From: Lama glama | Taxonomy: Eukaryota | Length of the DNA: 64,000 nucleotides | Direction of reading: 5' to 3' | Assembly (NCBI GenBank): GCA_028534125.1 | Contig: CM052818.1 | Coordinates: 35,218,001 to 35,282,000, forward strand | Shown: piece by piece, positions 53,914 through 64,000 of the stretch | Layout: each line of letters begins with the position of its first letter | Position numbering within the stretch: position 1 is the stretch's first letter | The notes under the pieces: generated by a model | What the model saw: only the letters and a program-made list of their open reading frames with translations | Databases searched by the model: none | What the model was told of the DNA's origin: nothing | Made by a program: the position numbers and the translations under genes

Positions 53914-56204
53914 CAATGTGTAAAATTTGATTGTGTTTCTATCTACAAGCAGTGAACAATTAGAAAATTAAATTTAGGAAAAATACTATTTACTATAACA
54001 TTAAAAACTATCAAATACTTATGGATAAATTTAATGAAAGGTGTTCAAAACTGAGAACTATAAAGTATTGCTAAGAGAAATGAAAGAAAACCTAATAAAT
54101 GGAGAGGTGTGCCATATTCATGGATTGAAAGATTCAGTAATATTAAGATGGCAGATTTCCCCAAATTGATCTATAGATTCAATATCAATCAAAATCTCTA
54201 CTTTATTTGCAGAAATGAGCCAGCTGATTTTCAAATATATCTTAAAAAAACCAAAAAACTTAGAATAAACAAAACAGTCTTGGAAAAGAGCTTATTTGGA
54301 GAATTCGACCCTACTTGATATCAAGACCTACTCTAAAGTCACAGTAATCAGGAAAGAGTGGTGTTGGCAAAAGTATGCAAATCATCCACAAAACAGAGTC
54401 ATAAGTTCAAATGACTTTTGACAAGGCACAAAAGTAATTAATTGGGAAAGGAAAAATTTTTTTAACAACTGTTGTTGGAGCAACTGTTCATTTGTATGAA
54501 AAGAAAGAACCTCTACCCCTACCTCACACCATGTATAAAAATCAATTTGAAGTATATCATAAACTTAAACATAAAAGCTAAAACCATAAAGCTACTAAAT
54601 GAAAATAGAAAAATATCTTGATGACCATGGGGCTGGCAAAGATTTCTTAGAGAAATTACAGGAATCACAAACTGTTAGGTCCAGTATTGTTCTCTGTGCT
54701 CCAGAGAACAATACTAGAGTGAAATTAGACTGGACATACAGACCAGGTCTTGAAGGACCATATTCTACAAACACAACATATTAATTTTAGAAATATGTGC
54801 CAATTTAAATTTACTTTTTCATAGGGAAGTAGAGTTATAAAAGCTGCCTGTAGAGTCTTGCTTTGTTTTGCCCTCCAAGAATAATTTATTCCTTTGGGTT
54901 TGTCTAGACTTCAAAATCTTTTCCTTGAGAATCTAATATTGTCATATGTCTGACTCTATCAATGCTAAAGATTAGTGATATGGAACAGAATAGAGAAAAA
55001 AATCTGGGAAAAAGACAAGTTCTATTTAATTAGTTAAACCTTATACATGCCCTCAATCAGTCACAAATGTTCAAGTTATTCTAGAAATTAAAATTTATAA
55101 ATAAAATTAATTAAATTTGTTGAAATGGGACAGCATTGTGGTTGGATTTTTAAAATTAAGTGTACTTAATGCCATTATATAGTCTTGTTGATTTTACATA
55201 GTACTTTCAAAATTTTGTAAATAAAAGCTCCAAAGCCATTTTACCCTGAAAAGGAGATCCTAGTACTGCTTTACTGCAAACAAGATAAGTCTGTTTACAC
55301 CTGATAGTTTCTGATGCCAATTCTCTAATTCATGTGAAAATGATAATTGTTAGAATGGTCTTGAGACTAAATACTGATATGGTGTCTTTCATCTTCAGTC
55401 TATTTTCTTAAGTGTCATTATCTTATAAATATTGGGTCTCTCAGGAAGATTTCTTCTTAACTAGATTTCTGTTAAACAGAGAATTTCTAATCTGCTAATC
55501 TCCAACTGATATAAGTGCTTTGCATAAAGTGGGTGTAGTGCTCAAAAGAATTTATTTATAGCCTGTCAGATAGGCTTTGTATTGATTTTTTTTTCAAAAA
55601 CCTTCCACAGAGAAAGATCATTAAATCATTTTAGCAGCTGGCATTACACCCTATAGCGTGGTCCAGCATCAGACCCTCATGTCTCCCCAGGTAGTAGACA
55701 TGGCCACTGAAACCTCTTCAAGCTGACCTTCAAATCAAGAAATTGTAGGTTGTTTAGATAAGCCAGGAGTGCTAATTTGTTTCCCTGAAGTGCCTAAATT
55801 ACTTTTTAGAAAACTACAGTGTGTGACAAATCATAGTAATAACAGCAGATCTTAAAATTTTGCCACAAGCATCACTAGCATTTGATGTGATCAAGTGGTT
55901 TTTTGGGTTTTTTTGTTTGTTTGTTTTTTCCTCTATGAAAAAATTGAAAACTCATTATGGACAACTTGAAAGGAAGGTGAAAGGAAAGGGAAACTGCTGT
56001 CCATTGTCATACTACCTAACATTTACACATTTTTGAAAAGAGATTGTTTTTCACATAGCCCTGTCCCAGACTTCAGCCTCATTGTCGAGTCAGCTGCTCC
56101 ACCCCTGCACCAAGCCAGAAATAGCCTTATGGCTTCTTAGAATTGAAGATCAGCAGTATTTTCATGAGACATTTTGCACACATTTAATGACTTAAAACCC
56201 CTCT

Positions 56205-56395
56205 AAAGTAGTCATTGTCAAACCTGGCTACATATTATAATCATGTATGCAGCATTTTTAAAATATATAGATTCTTGGCTTTGCCTCAGACCTCCTGAAT
56301 CAGAATCTCTGGCTTTAGCAGGGTCCATTGATTTTAATTTAAAAAAGAAAAAGAAAATTTCCAGGCTTTTGACTTACAGCTAGCTTGGGAACCAC
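56205..56395. mobile_element. MER5A-like hAT MITE
   Basis: ctcagacctcctgaatcagaatctctgg...ttgggaaccacc. Confidence 0.7.
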
Positions 56396-56984
56396 CATTC
56401 TAAATAACACTATTGGATTTTTGAGAGAGAAATTAATAACCCATAGCCCTTCAGTTAGTCTAAGTGGGGTTGGGATGATGGGACAGCTGCCCCTGGGACA
56501 CAACAAAAGTCTAGTTGATATTGGGCACATCTCTTTAGAACTCATCCTGCCAAGTTCATACAGATGGGAAGCTTCCAATCTCTTTTTAGGAGGCTCCACA
56601 GATGCATACTATCAGATTATAGTTTGCTGACCTTGTCAGCTTTCCTTGGTTTCATAACATGTGCCCAGCTTTACTCAGTGGGGTCTTGTTTCTTACCTTG
56701 TATTTTTCAGATGTGTCTCCATCTCATTAAAGATGATGGAGCTCTGTGAGATTACCTAAACTTAAGGGAATACTCATGTACCAGAGGAAGGGATCCTCTT
56801 CACATTTCTTTCCAAAAATATTCCTGTTTTACAGACCAAAAAATAAAGGTGTATGGTAAAATAAAATAACTCAAGGTTTACATGGCAAGTAAGCAAAACT
56901 TAGGATTCCTAACTGGTCTACCTGCTTCCATCCTTATCCCACTACAGTAAATCCTCTACTTAGTAGCAGAAGCAGCGATTGTTT

Positions 56985-57305
56985 TTAATAAACTTTTAAA
57001 TTATAGAACAGTTTTAGATTTATAGAAAAATTATGAAGCTAGAGCAGTTTCCATATAACCATGTTCAGTTTCCCCTATTATTAACATCCTACCTTAGCAT
57101 GTTTATGCAGTTAATAAGCCAAAACCAATACATTATTAGTAACTAAAGTCTGTGCTTTATTCAGATTTTGTCAGTGTTTACCTAATATTTTTCTATCTTT
57201 TTTCTGTTCTGGGGTTCCAGCCAAGAAACCACATTACATTTAGTTGTCATGATTCCATAGGCTCCTCAGGGCTGTGACAGCTTCTCTGACTTTCCTTGTT
57301 TGTTT
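56985..57305 (-). mobile_element. L1MC-like 3' end
   Basis: tagaacagttttagatttatagaaaaatt...cagtttcccctattattaacatc; homologous to 11160-11410. Confidence 0.8.
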
Positions 57306-58059
57306 TAATTTATTGAAATACAGTTGATTTTCAATACTGTGTTAGTTTCAAGTGTACAGACATTTAAAACTAAAGAGATTCTTTAGAAATTTCCAGTGAA
57401 GTGCTACGGGGTTTCTGTTTGCTTGTCATCATATGAAGCAAAATCCTTTCAGAGCTCACTTCCTCACCCATAATTTCCCCTGGTCCCACTCTTATAAGGA
57501 GCTATTAGTTTTAACTCCAGTTTTCAGGAATAGTAAATCTGTTATCTGTAGCAGGTTCAGTCTCAGATAAGCCGTTTTTCTGAGATTTAACTCAGACCCT
57601 CACAAGACTCTAAATGGAATATAGAGAATTTGCTCAATTGGCTGCTGGTCCACTCTTCTCTGGAGGAAGAAAGATCACCTTTTTTTTTTTTCTTTGAAAT
57701 AAGAAAAATATTTGGTAATTTGATTAAAAAAAAACAAACCCTGTCACTGAGATTTGCTATGCTCTTTTACTCCTGTTTATTTAGGAAATTCCACATGAAA
57801 AGAATTACTTATTGCATCTTTAAGCTCTGGACAGGAAACAAGGTTTCTGCTTCATCGTAGATCATATTTGGGGCAGAACTGAGAATACAGAGTGAAGCAT
57901 AGCCATCCCAGAGCCTTCACTGAGAGCTTCCATTCTGGTTAATCAGTAAAAGGGAAATGTCACCTAGTCATCCATTTTCTATTTTGTGTTGAGTGGCTTC
58001 CATATTCTTAAAAGAGGTAACAAGGGTCAGAAACATCGGTGGATATGCAAATCAAAACC

Positions 58060-59545
58060 ATCATGATTTCTCCAAAGAAGATGTACAGATGGCCAACAAG
58101 CACATGAAAGTATGAGCAATATATTAATCACTGGGGAAATGCAAACTGAATTTACAAAGGGTACCATTTCATACTGACTAGGATGACTGATCAGAAACAT
58201 GGACAATAACAAGCAATGTGGCAAGCATGTGGGAAAAATGGACCCCTCATATCTTGCTGGTGTGAATGTAAAATGGTACAGCTACATAGAGAAACAGTTT
58301 GGCAGTTCCTCAAAAGACAGTTACTGTATATGACCTAGCAATTCCACTGTTAGATGTATACCCAAGAAAAATGAAATCACGTCTCCATGCAGAAACTTGT
58401 TCACAAACGCATTATTCAAAATAGCCCCCCAAAATGGGAACAACCCAGATGTCCGTCAGTTATTGAATGGATAAACAAGGTATGATATATTGTATGATGG
58501 AGTATTATTCATCCATAAGGAGAAATGAAGTACCGACACTACAGCATGGATAAACCTTGAAAATGTTTGCTAAGGGAAAGAAATCATGCATAAAAGATCA
58601 CATATTGCATGATTCCGTTTATATGAACTGTCCAGAATAGGCAAATCCATAGATGCGGAAAGTAGATTAGCAGTTGTCAGGGGGTGGGGTAGGGGAATGG
58701 AGAGTGACTGTGGGTTTCTTTTTGGGATGATGAAAGTGCCCTGGAATTAGATACTGATGATGGGCTCACAACCTCATAAATATAAGTTTAAACCACTGAA
58801 TTGTATACTTTAAAAGGGTAGATTTTATGACATGTAAATTATATCTCAATTTTAAAACAAACAAAAAAACCACAGGTAGGTACTTCACACCCGCTGGAAT
58901 GGTTAAAATCAAAAAGACGATGACAAATATTGGCAAAGATATGGAGAAATTGGAACACTCATTCTTTGTTGGTCAGATCGTAAAATGGTTCAGCCACTCT
59001 GGAAAACAGTTTGACACTCTCAAAATGCTAAATACAGAATTATCATATAACTCAAGATTTCCTCTCAGGTATTTATCCAAGAGACGAAAACACATACCAA
59101 CACAGAGATTTGTAAATGAGGGTTCAGAGCAGCTTCGCTTGTAATAGCCAAAAGCTGGAAACAATGGAGTACTATTCAGCAGTAAAAAGAAAGGAACTCC
59201 TGTTTCATGGAGCAACATGAATGAACCTCAGAAACGTCATGCTAAGTGGAAGCCAGAAACCAAGACTGCATGTTGCATGATTCCCTTTATATGAAGTTTC
59301 TAGAAAAGGCAAAACTATGGACAGAAAGCAGATGAGTGGTTGCCTGTGGTTGGCAGTGGAAGCAGTAGTTGACTGCAGACTGGCATGAGGGAGCTTTCTG
59401 TGGTGATGAAAAATGTTCTAAAACTGGACTGTGGTGGTTGGTTTGCTCAACTGCTTAAATTTACTAAGACTTGTTGAATTGTGCACTTAAAATGGGTAGA
59501 TTTTATGGTATGTAAATTATACCTCAGAAATCTGTTTTTAAAAAA
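58060..59545 (+). mobile_element. Two tandem L1MB-like 3' ends (~58060-58865 and ~58870-59545)
   Basis: Each carries ORF2 C-terminal sequence and ends in gattttatg..atgtaaattata.ctca. Confidence 0.88.
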
Positions 59546-59597
59546 TCAACAGTCCCTTTAGGACTCGATATATTTAAATCAGAAAAAAAAAACTTTT

Positions 59598-59657
59598 TTA
59601 AAAAATGTTTTTATTGAAGTACAGTCAGTTTACAATGTTGTGTCAATTTCTGGTGTA
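59598..59657 (-). mobile_element. ~60-bp extremely truncated lineage L1 3' end
   Basis: tttttattgaagtacagtcagtttacaatgttgtgtcaatttctggtgta, homologous to 3315-3360 and 50890-50938. Confidence 0.85.
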
Positions 59658-59682
59658 AAACCTTTCTTCTTCCTCACTCTAG

Positions 59683-59768
59683 ACTCATCCTCCCACTGAC
59701 TTGAGCTTTAACTTTGATGCCAACAAACAACAAAGACAACTTATTGCAGAACTGGAAAACAAAAACAG
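59683..59768 (+). CDS. DTNB: Beta-dystrobrevin exon, 86 nt, phase 0/2: THPPTDLSFNFDANKQQRQLIAELENKN(R)
   Basis: Acceptor cttcctcactctag|A and donor AACAG|gtaaga. Encodes the start of coiled-coil helix 1. Confidence 0.97.
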
Positions 59769-60580
59769 GTAAGAATGCAGAGGTCAAGCCAGTTTCTGAA
59801 GCTTGAGACTATCACGTGAGTATCTGATTCTCTCTCTCTTTTTTTTTTTTTTTTTTTTTTTTGCAGACTAGGTGGGTTTTGACCAGAAAGGGAGATCCCA
59901 CTTCAATGATGATAGGCCAGCCCAAGTCCAGTGCATGCCCTGGACACTAATTTGTATACCTCTGCATGCAGTCCACTCTGGGAGTGCAAAACCCTGCTCA
60001 CGTGCCCTCCCATAGACTCTTTTTCCCTCCCCTAGTGTGTTCCCCTCTCAGGATTCCTTTCCCTACTCTACTCTCAGGAGCCTCTGCTCTATCTTGTCAT
60101 CCTGTCCCGGCCCATGATGCTGCATGCAGCTGTCTGTTCTCCCACTGAAAAGCCATTTACAGGTGGCAGCCATCAGCACTTGGTGGGGATGGGCGGGGTG
60201 GGGTCAGGAGACGAAAGGAGACAGAGGAGGACTTGAGGAATGTCAGCACAGGACCTGCATTAGGGGGTTGCAGGGAGTTTTTTCCTAACCCCCAGGAGGA
60301 ATGGAGTATTCTAGATGTCATTTTTCTTCTGTGAAGATTTTCAAGTTCTCGAGAAGAGGAATTGTATGACTTTCTACCACAAAGGATTGTTTATTGAGGA
60401 AATCCCAAGTGAAGTAGTTTCGAGAAGGTGTCCGTTTCACATCTTGGTCATTCAGAAGCAATCAGAACAAGATTGGCAGAGGCAGCACTACTGGAATAAA
60501 GACTTCTAACAGGAAAAAGAAGAGAGGGAGGGAGCTGTGAGGCACCACGTAGCCATCTCCTTTTCACCCGTCCTCTCTAG

Positions 60581-60694
60581 AGAGATCCTGCAGGAGATTC
60601 AGCGTCTCCGTCTGGAGCACGAGCAGGCGTCCCAGCCCACCCCGGAGAAGGCCCAGCAGAACCCCACGTTGCTGGCAGAGCTGCGGCTGCTGAG
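60581..60694 (+). CDS. DTNB: Beta-dystrobrevin exon, 114 nt, phase 2/2: [37 protein letters not shown](R)
   Basis: Acceptor tcctctctag|A and donor CTGAG|gtatgt. The peptide lies within ORF 60537..60791. Confidence 0.97.
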
Positions 60695-61561
60695 GTATGT
60701 GGGGGCTCCTGCACCTGTCCCTCAGTTCTCATCTGCTACGGGAGGAACTTACAGCTCAGGAAACCAAACTAGTGGGCTAGGATCTGTTTAGCAGTGTAAC
60801 TAGTCATGTTAGAACAAACAGCTAAAGCATTCCACTCATTCTGTTACTGCGTCGGATGTTTGGGTTCCTTTATTAATCACTTTGAGGTCTCCTGCCTTTG
60901 TTCCAGAACTAGGCAAACACTGTCTGCAGCCCCATGGACGAGCGGAGCAGTGGTTAGGCTGTTGTGATTGCTTTAAGAAGACGGTGCGTTGCACTTAATC
61001 TTATCTTGCAAATGAGTCTAACTGTAGAGACTCTTGGCAGGAATTCTGCTCTGCCTGTGCTATGAGTACAGTCTCTTGGCACGGCACAGTCAGAGTAGGA
61101 GTCCGTTGCAGGAAAAGCATGCGTTTCTACACATGTCCTCTGAGATGTGAAACCAAGTGGGAATCCCTTGCACTAGGGCTGTGGTACCTTCCCCCTTCAA
61201 CATAAATGTAAAGTGTCTCAAGGCTCGAGAGACTAAGAACAAAGGATCTGGATTGGGGTAGAAAGCAACTTCAGCTCCTGCCTGATGTTGTCTGGGAGGA
61301 AGTGAGGAATCTTCAGGAAGACTATAACATGCACATGACCCGAGCAGAGTTGTCAGGATCTTATTACCTATCAATCTTAGAAAGACGTGTGTATCCTCTT
61401 CCATAAGTGAAGACATTATGGAAACTAAGTGAATGATTTGATTTTCACCAGACCTTGAGATTTCCAAACAGTGGGTTCTTTCTGATTAGGTTGGAACATT
61501 TGACAGTCCACAGTTGATTTTAAATATGCTGTCATCTGGGATTCTGCACAGCTGAATGTCC

Positions 61562-61715
61562 TTTTTTTTATGGCTTTTTTATTGGATTTTTTTTTGAGGG
61601 GGGAGGTAATTAGGTTTATTCATTTATTTATTTTTAGAGGAGGTACTTGGGATTTGAACCCAAGACCTCGTGCATGGTTAGCATGCACTCTACCACTTGA
61701 GCTATACCCTCCCCC
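61562..61715 (-). mobile_element. Vic-1-like SINE (long-tail form)
   Basis: Reverse complement begins GGGGGAGGGTATAGCTCAAGTGGTAGAGTGCATGC, with tail aaacctaattacctcccccc; degenerate TSD ctgaatgtcc / ctgaatattc. Confidence 0.92.
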
Positions 61716-62869
61716 CTGAATATTCTTTCTTAGTTCTTCCTTTGGCTTAGGTCATTTAGCATCCCAACCATGATTTCTTTTCTTAGAGAATAGAGATCAT
61801 TGTTTTTCTATAACTATCCTGATATTTAGATTTACATCATTAATAAAGAAATCATAAAGAATTTAAACTATGTAGATGAAAATCATTAGAGATACAGAAA
61901 TGCCCATTCTCCTAAAAGTTCATTTTAGTTTCTAACTTTGGTTGGGCTGAGATTTTGGTTGCTCTGGGTCCACTGTCACACAGTTGGGGTATCAGCACAG
62001 TTGGTGTCACACTAGGAAGGATGAGAAAGCAAAAGCTGCTGACTCAGGTAAAGTGGAACTCTAAGCTAGTGGCATAAGATACACTGTTTTCTTTCCTTGT
62101 GCTCAGGCACAAGTGACTGTTTTATATCTAGAAAAGCAAAAAGCTGTCATACTTTAGTCTAACTATTGCTGAAACTGGGATGCTTGAAGTGCTTCCATAT
62201 GCTGGAGGGATCTGAAAAAAATCCTAGATTTACATAGCCAAAGGGCTGAATCCAGCAGTGTCACATGAGGCAGTAAAAAGCAGGAATTTAATCGTAAGTC
62301 CAAGGAAGGTCTAAATCCTGAGAAATCAGAATGTATTTAATCTCAAAAGCAGCTTCTATATCACTGAAAAAAAAAAAGGGACTATTTAATAAGTGTGCTG
62401 GATCAATTAATTGGTCATGCATAAGGACAAAACAGATTGGCTCTCTTCCTCAGGCTATATGCAGAAAACACCAGCAGATGGATTAAACATGGAGACAAAA
62501 ATGTTAAAACTCCTAGAAGAAAACACAGGAGAATTTCTTTAGGATTTTGGAATAGAAAATAATTTCTCAGAATTACTAGCCATGAAAGAAATTGTTGAAT
62601 TCACTTATATTAATAGTACAAACCTTTGTTTATCATAAGACATGTAAAGGGCAAGATTCATTTGTAGGTTCTGACATCCTTCTGGTTTTGATCAGTATAT
62701 ATGAATCCTGAAACTGCCAATACCCAGCTAGTGTAATAAAGCAAAAAAGAGAGTTTCATCCTTAGGGCTAGTGGTTATGAATCCTGGCCACCAAGATTAT
62801 CTTTTCTCCTTTATTATGATTTTTAATGATATGTTTGTTATAATAATGATGTAAGGGACAAATGAGTCA

Positions 62870-63235
62870 GATCTGAAGCATAATGATGAAGTGAACACCC
62901 AGGAACCCACATCCTACTTGAGACCTCATATATTGCTTAAACCATGTCATCTGCATATCTGCCCCCCTTATCCCACTTCTTTGCTTCCGACTTCTCCCCA
63001 AAGCTAACCTCCATCCAGAATTTGGTTTATCATTCCCTTGCTTTTTAAACAAGATTGTCAAATGTAGGTGTATGCCCACAAAATACAGTGTCTAGTTTTG
63101 CTTTTTGTTTTTTGAGCTTTATAAAAATGGTATTGTATGCCATCTTCTGGGACTTTTTCCCCCTTAATATTACTCTTTAGGGTCCTTCCGTGTTGTTGCA
63201 TGTAGCTGTAGTTCATTCATTTTTGGCCACATATT
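62870..63235 (-). mobile_element. L1ME-like 3' end
   Basis: tttgagctttataaaaatggtattgtatg...gtgttgttgcatgtagctgtagttcattcatttt. Confidence 0.75.
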
Positions 63236-64000
63236 ATAATTATTTGACCACTCACAGCACGGAGAAAGAGTACTGCATTCAGTCTTGGAAGTTCAGAAAG
63301 GCTTTTTAGAAAATTGAATGAGTCAACTTCTCCTTATTGAGTTTATGCCTATGCTGGAAATTTAGGGAGCATGAAGACCAGAAGACAATGATTCTACCTT
63401 AAAAATGTATAATCTAGCTTTAGAAACAAAATGTAAAATAATTTGATAATCAGTTAAGTAATATTTTGCAGTGTTAATAAATAGTATGGATATTAAAAGA
63501 AATTTGAGTAGGGAAAGATATATGTATATAAACACATACATAGGCCAGAAGCAGTTAAACCCATGGAGGTAGTAGAATTTGGGCTAGACCATGAAAAGGT
63601 AGGTATGGTTTGAATGGAATGTGGGACAGACCATTTCAGATTAGAAGTGGAGCTGGAGTTTGGCAATATCCCCCAAATAAGTAAGATATTTCAGAGAGGG
63701 GAACAAGTCTTGATGCTAAGAAATTGTTTCAATCATCCAGTGAATTAATCTTTACAGTGCCAATGACAGGAGATTAAATTAGTTAGATAATTGAAACCAG
63801 ATTCTGGAGAGCCTTAAGTGATACATCATTGGAAATCCTTGGAGGGCTTCAAATAATGGTTTTGTTAAGTTCACTAGATGTTAATTGAGTCCACACTGGA
63901 TGCATGATATTCTCTTAATCATTTAATAACTGCAAAGATGAGTAAGGCTCATCCCCTCACCTCAAGGATTTTGTGTCATGGTAGGAATGACAGCAGTACA

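Larger units (their letters stand above)
48975..54670 (+). mobile_element. Host LINE-1 ORF2 fragment (degenerate), split by two nested insertions
   Basis: ORF2 phrases are collinear across both inserts (tggttctttgaaaa; gatgcagaaaaggcatttgacaaaat; tttgcagatgacatgatt = FADDMI; ORF 54109 PYSWIERFSNIKM). Confidence 0.92.

Noticed and set aside
52568..53955. Dense cluster of overlapping 60-156 aa ORFs on both strands
   Set aside because: Expected from low stop-codon density in the GC-rich L1 5' UTR; no recognisable protein.
1..64000. CRISPR arrays, operons or other prokaryotic/viral systems
   Set aside because: The sequence is mammalian intron/exon DNA with no regularly spaced repeat-spacer array and no long intact ORFs.

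Overview
This is mammalian genomic DNA, almost certainly camelid: it carries five tRNA-Ala-derived Vic-1-type SINEs and lineage-type L1 3' ends. The whole window lies inside the beta-dystrobrevin gene (DTNB, + strand). Five internal coding exons are visible (31379-31456, 45038-45127, 48705-48792, 59683-59768, 60581-60694). They have canonical AG/GT ends, splice together in frame, and encode the two syntrophin-binding segments and the start of the coiled coil. The rest is intron rich in L1, L2, MIR, hAT/Tc2 DNA transposon and MaLR/ERVL remnants. The most unusual structure is a ~3.0-kb L1 derivative (50876-53913, -) flanked by a target-site duplication and nested in an older L1. It has a full 5' UTR and ORF1 joined directly to the last part of ORF2, with endonuclease and reverse transcriptase missing, i.e. 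a half-L1-like non-autonomous element. Also notable are an L1 tail inserted in the branch-point zone of a DTNB exon and splicing-regulatory features around the 90-nt cassette exon. There are no prokaryotic-type systems. Repeat family names come from visual recognition and their boundaries are approximate.
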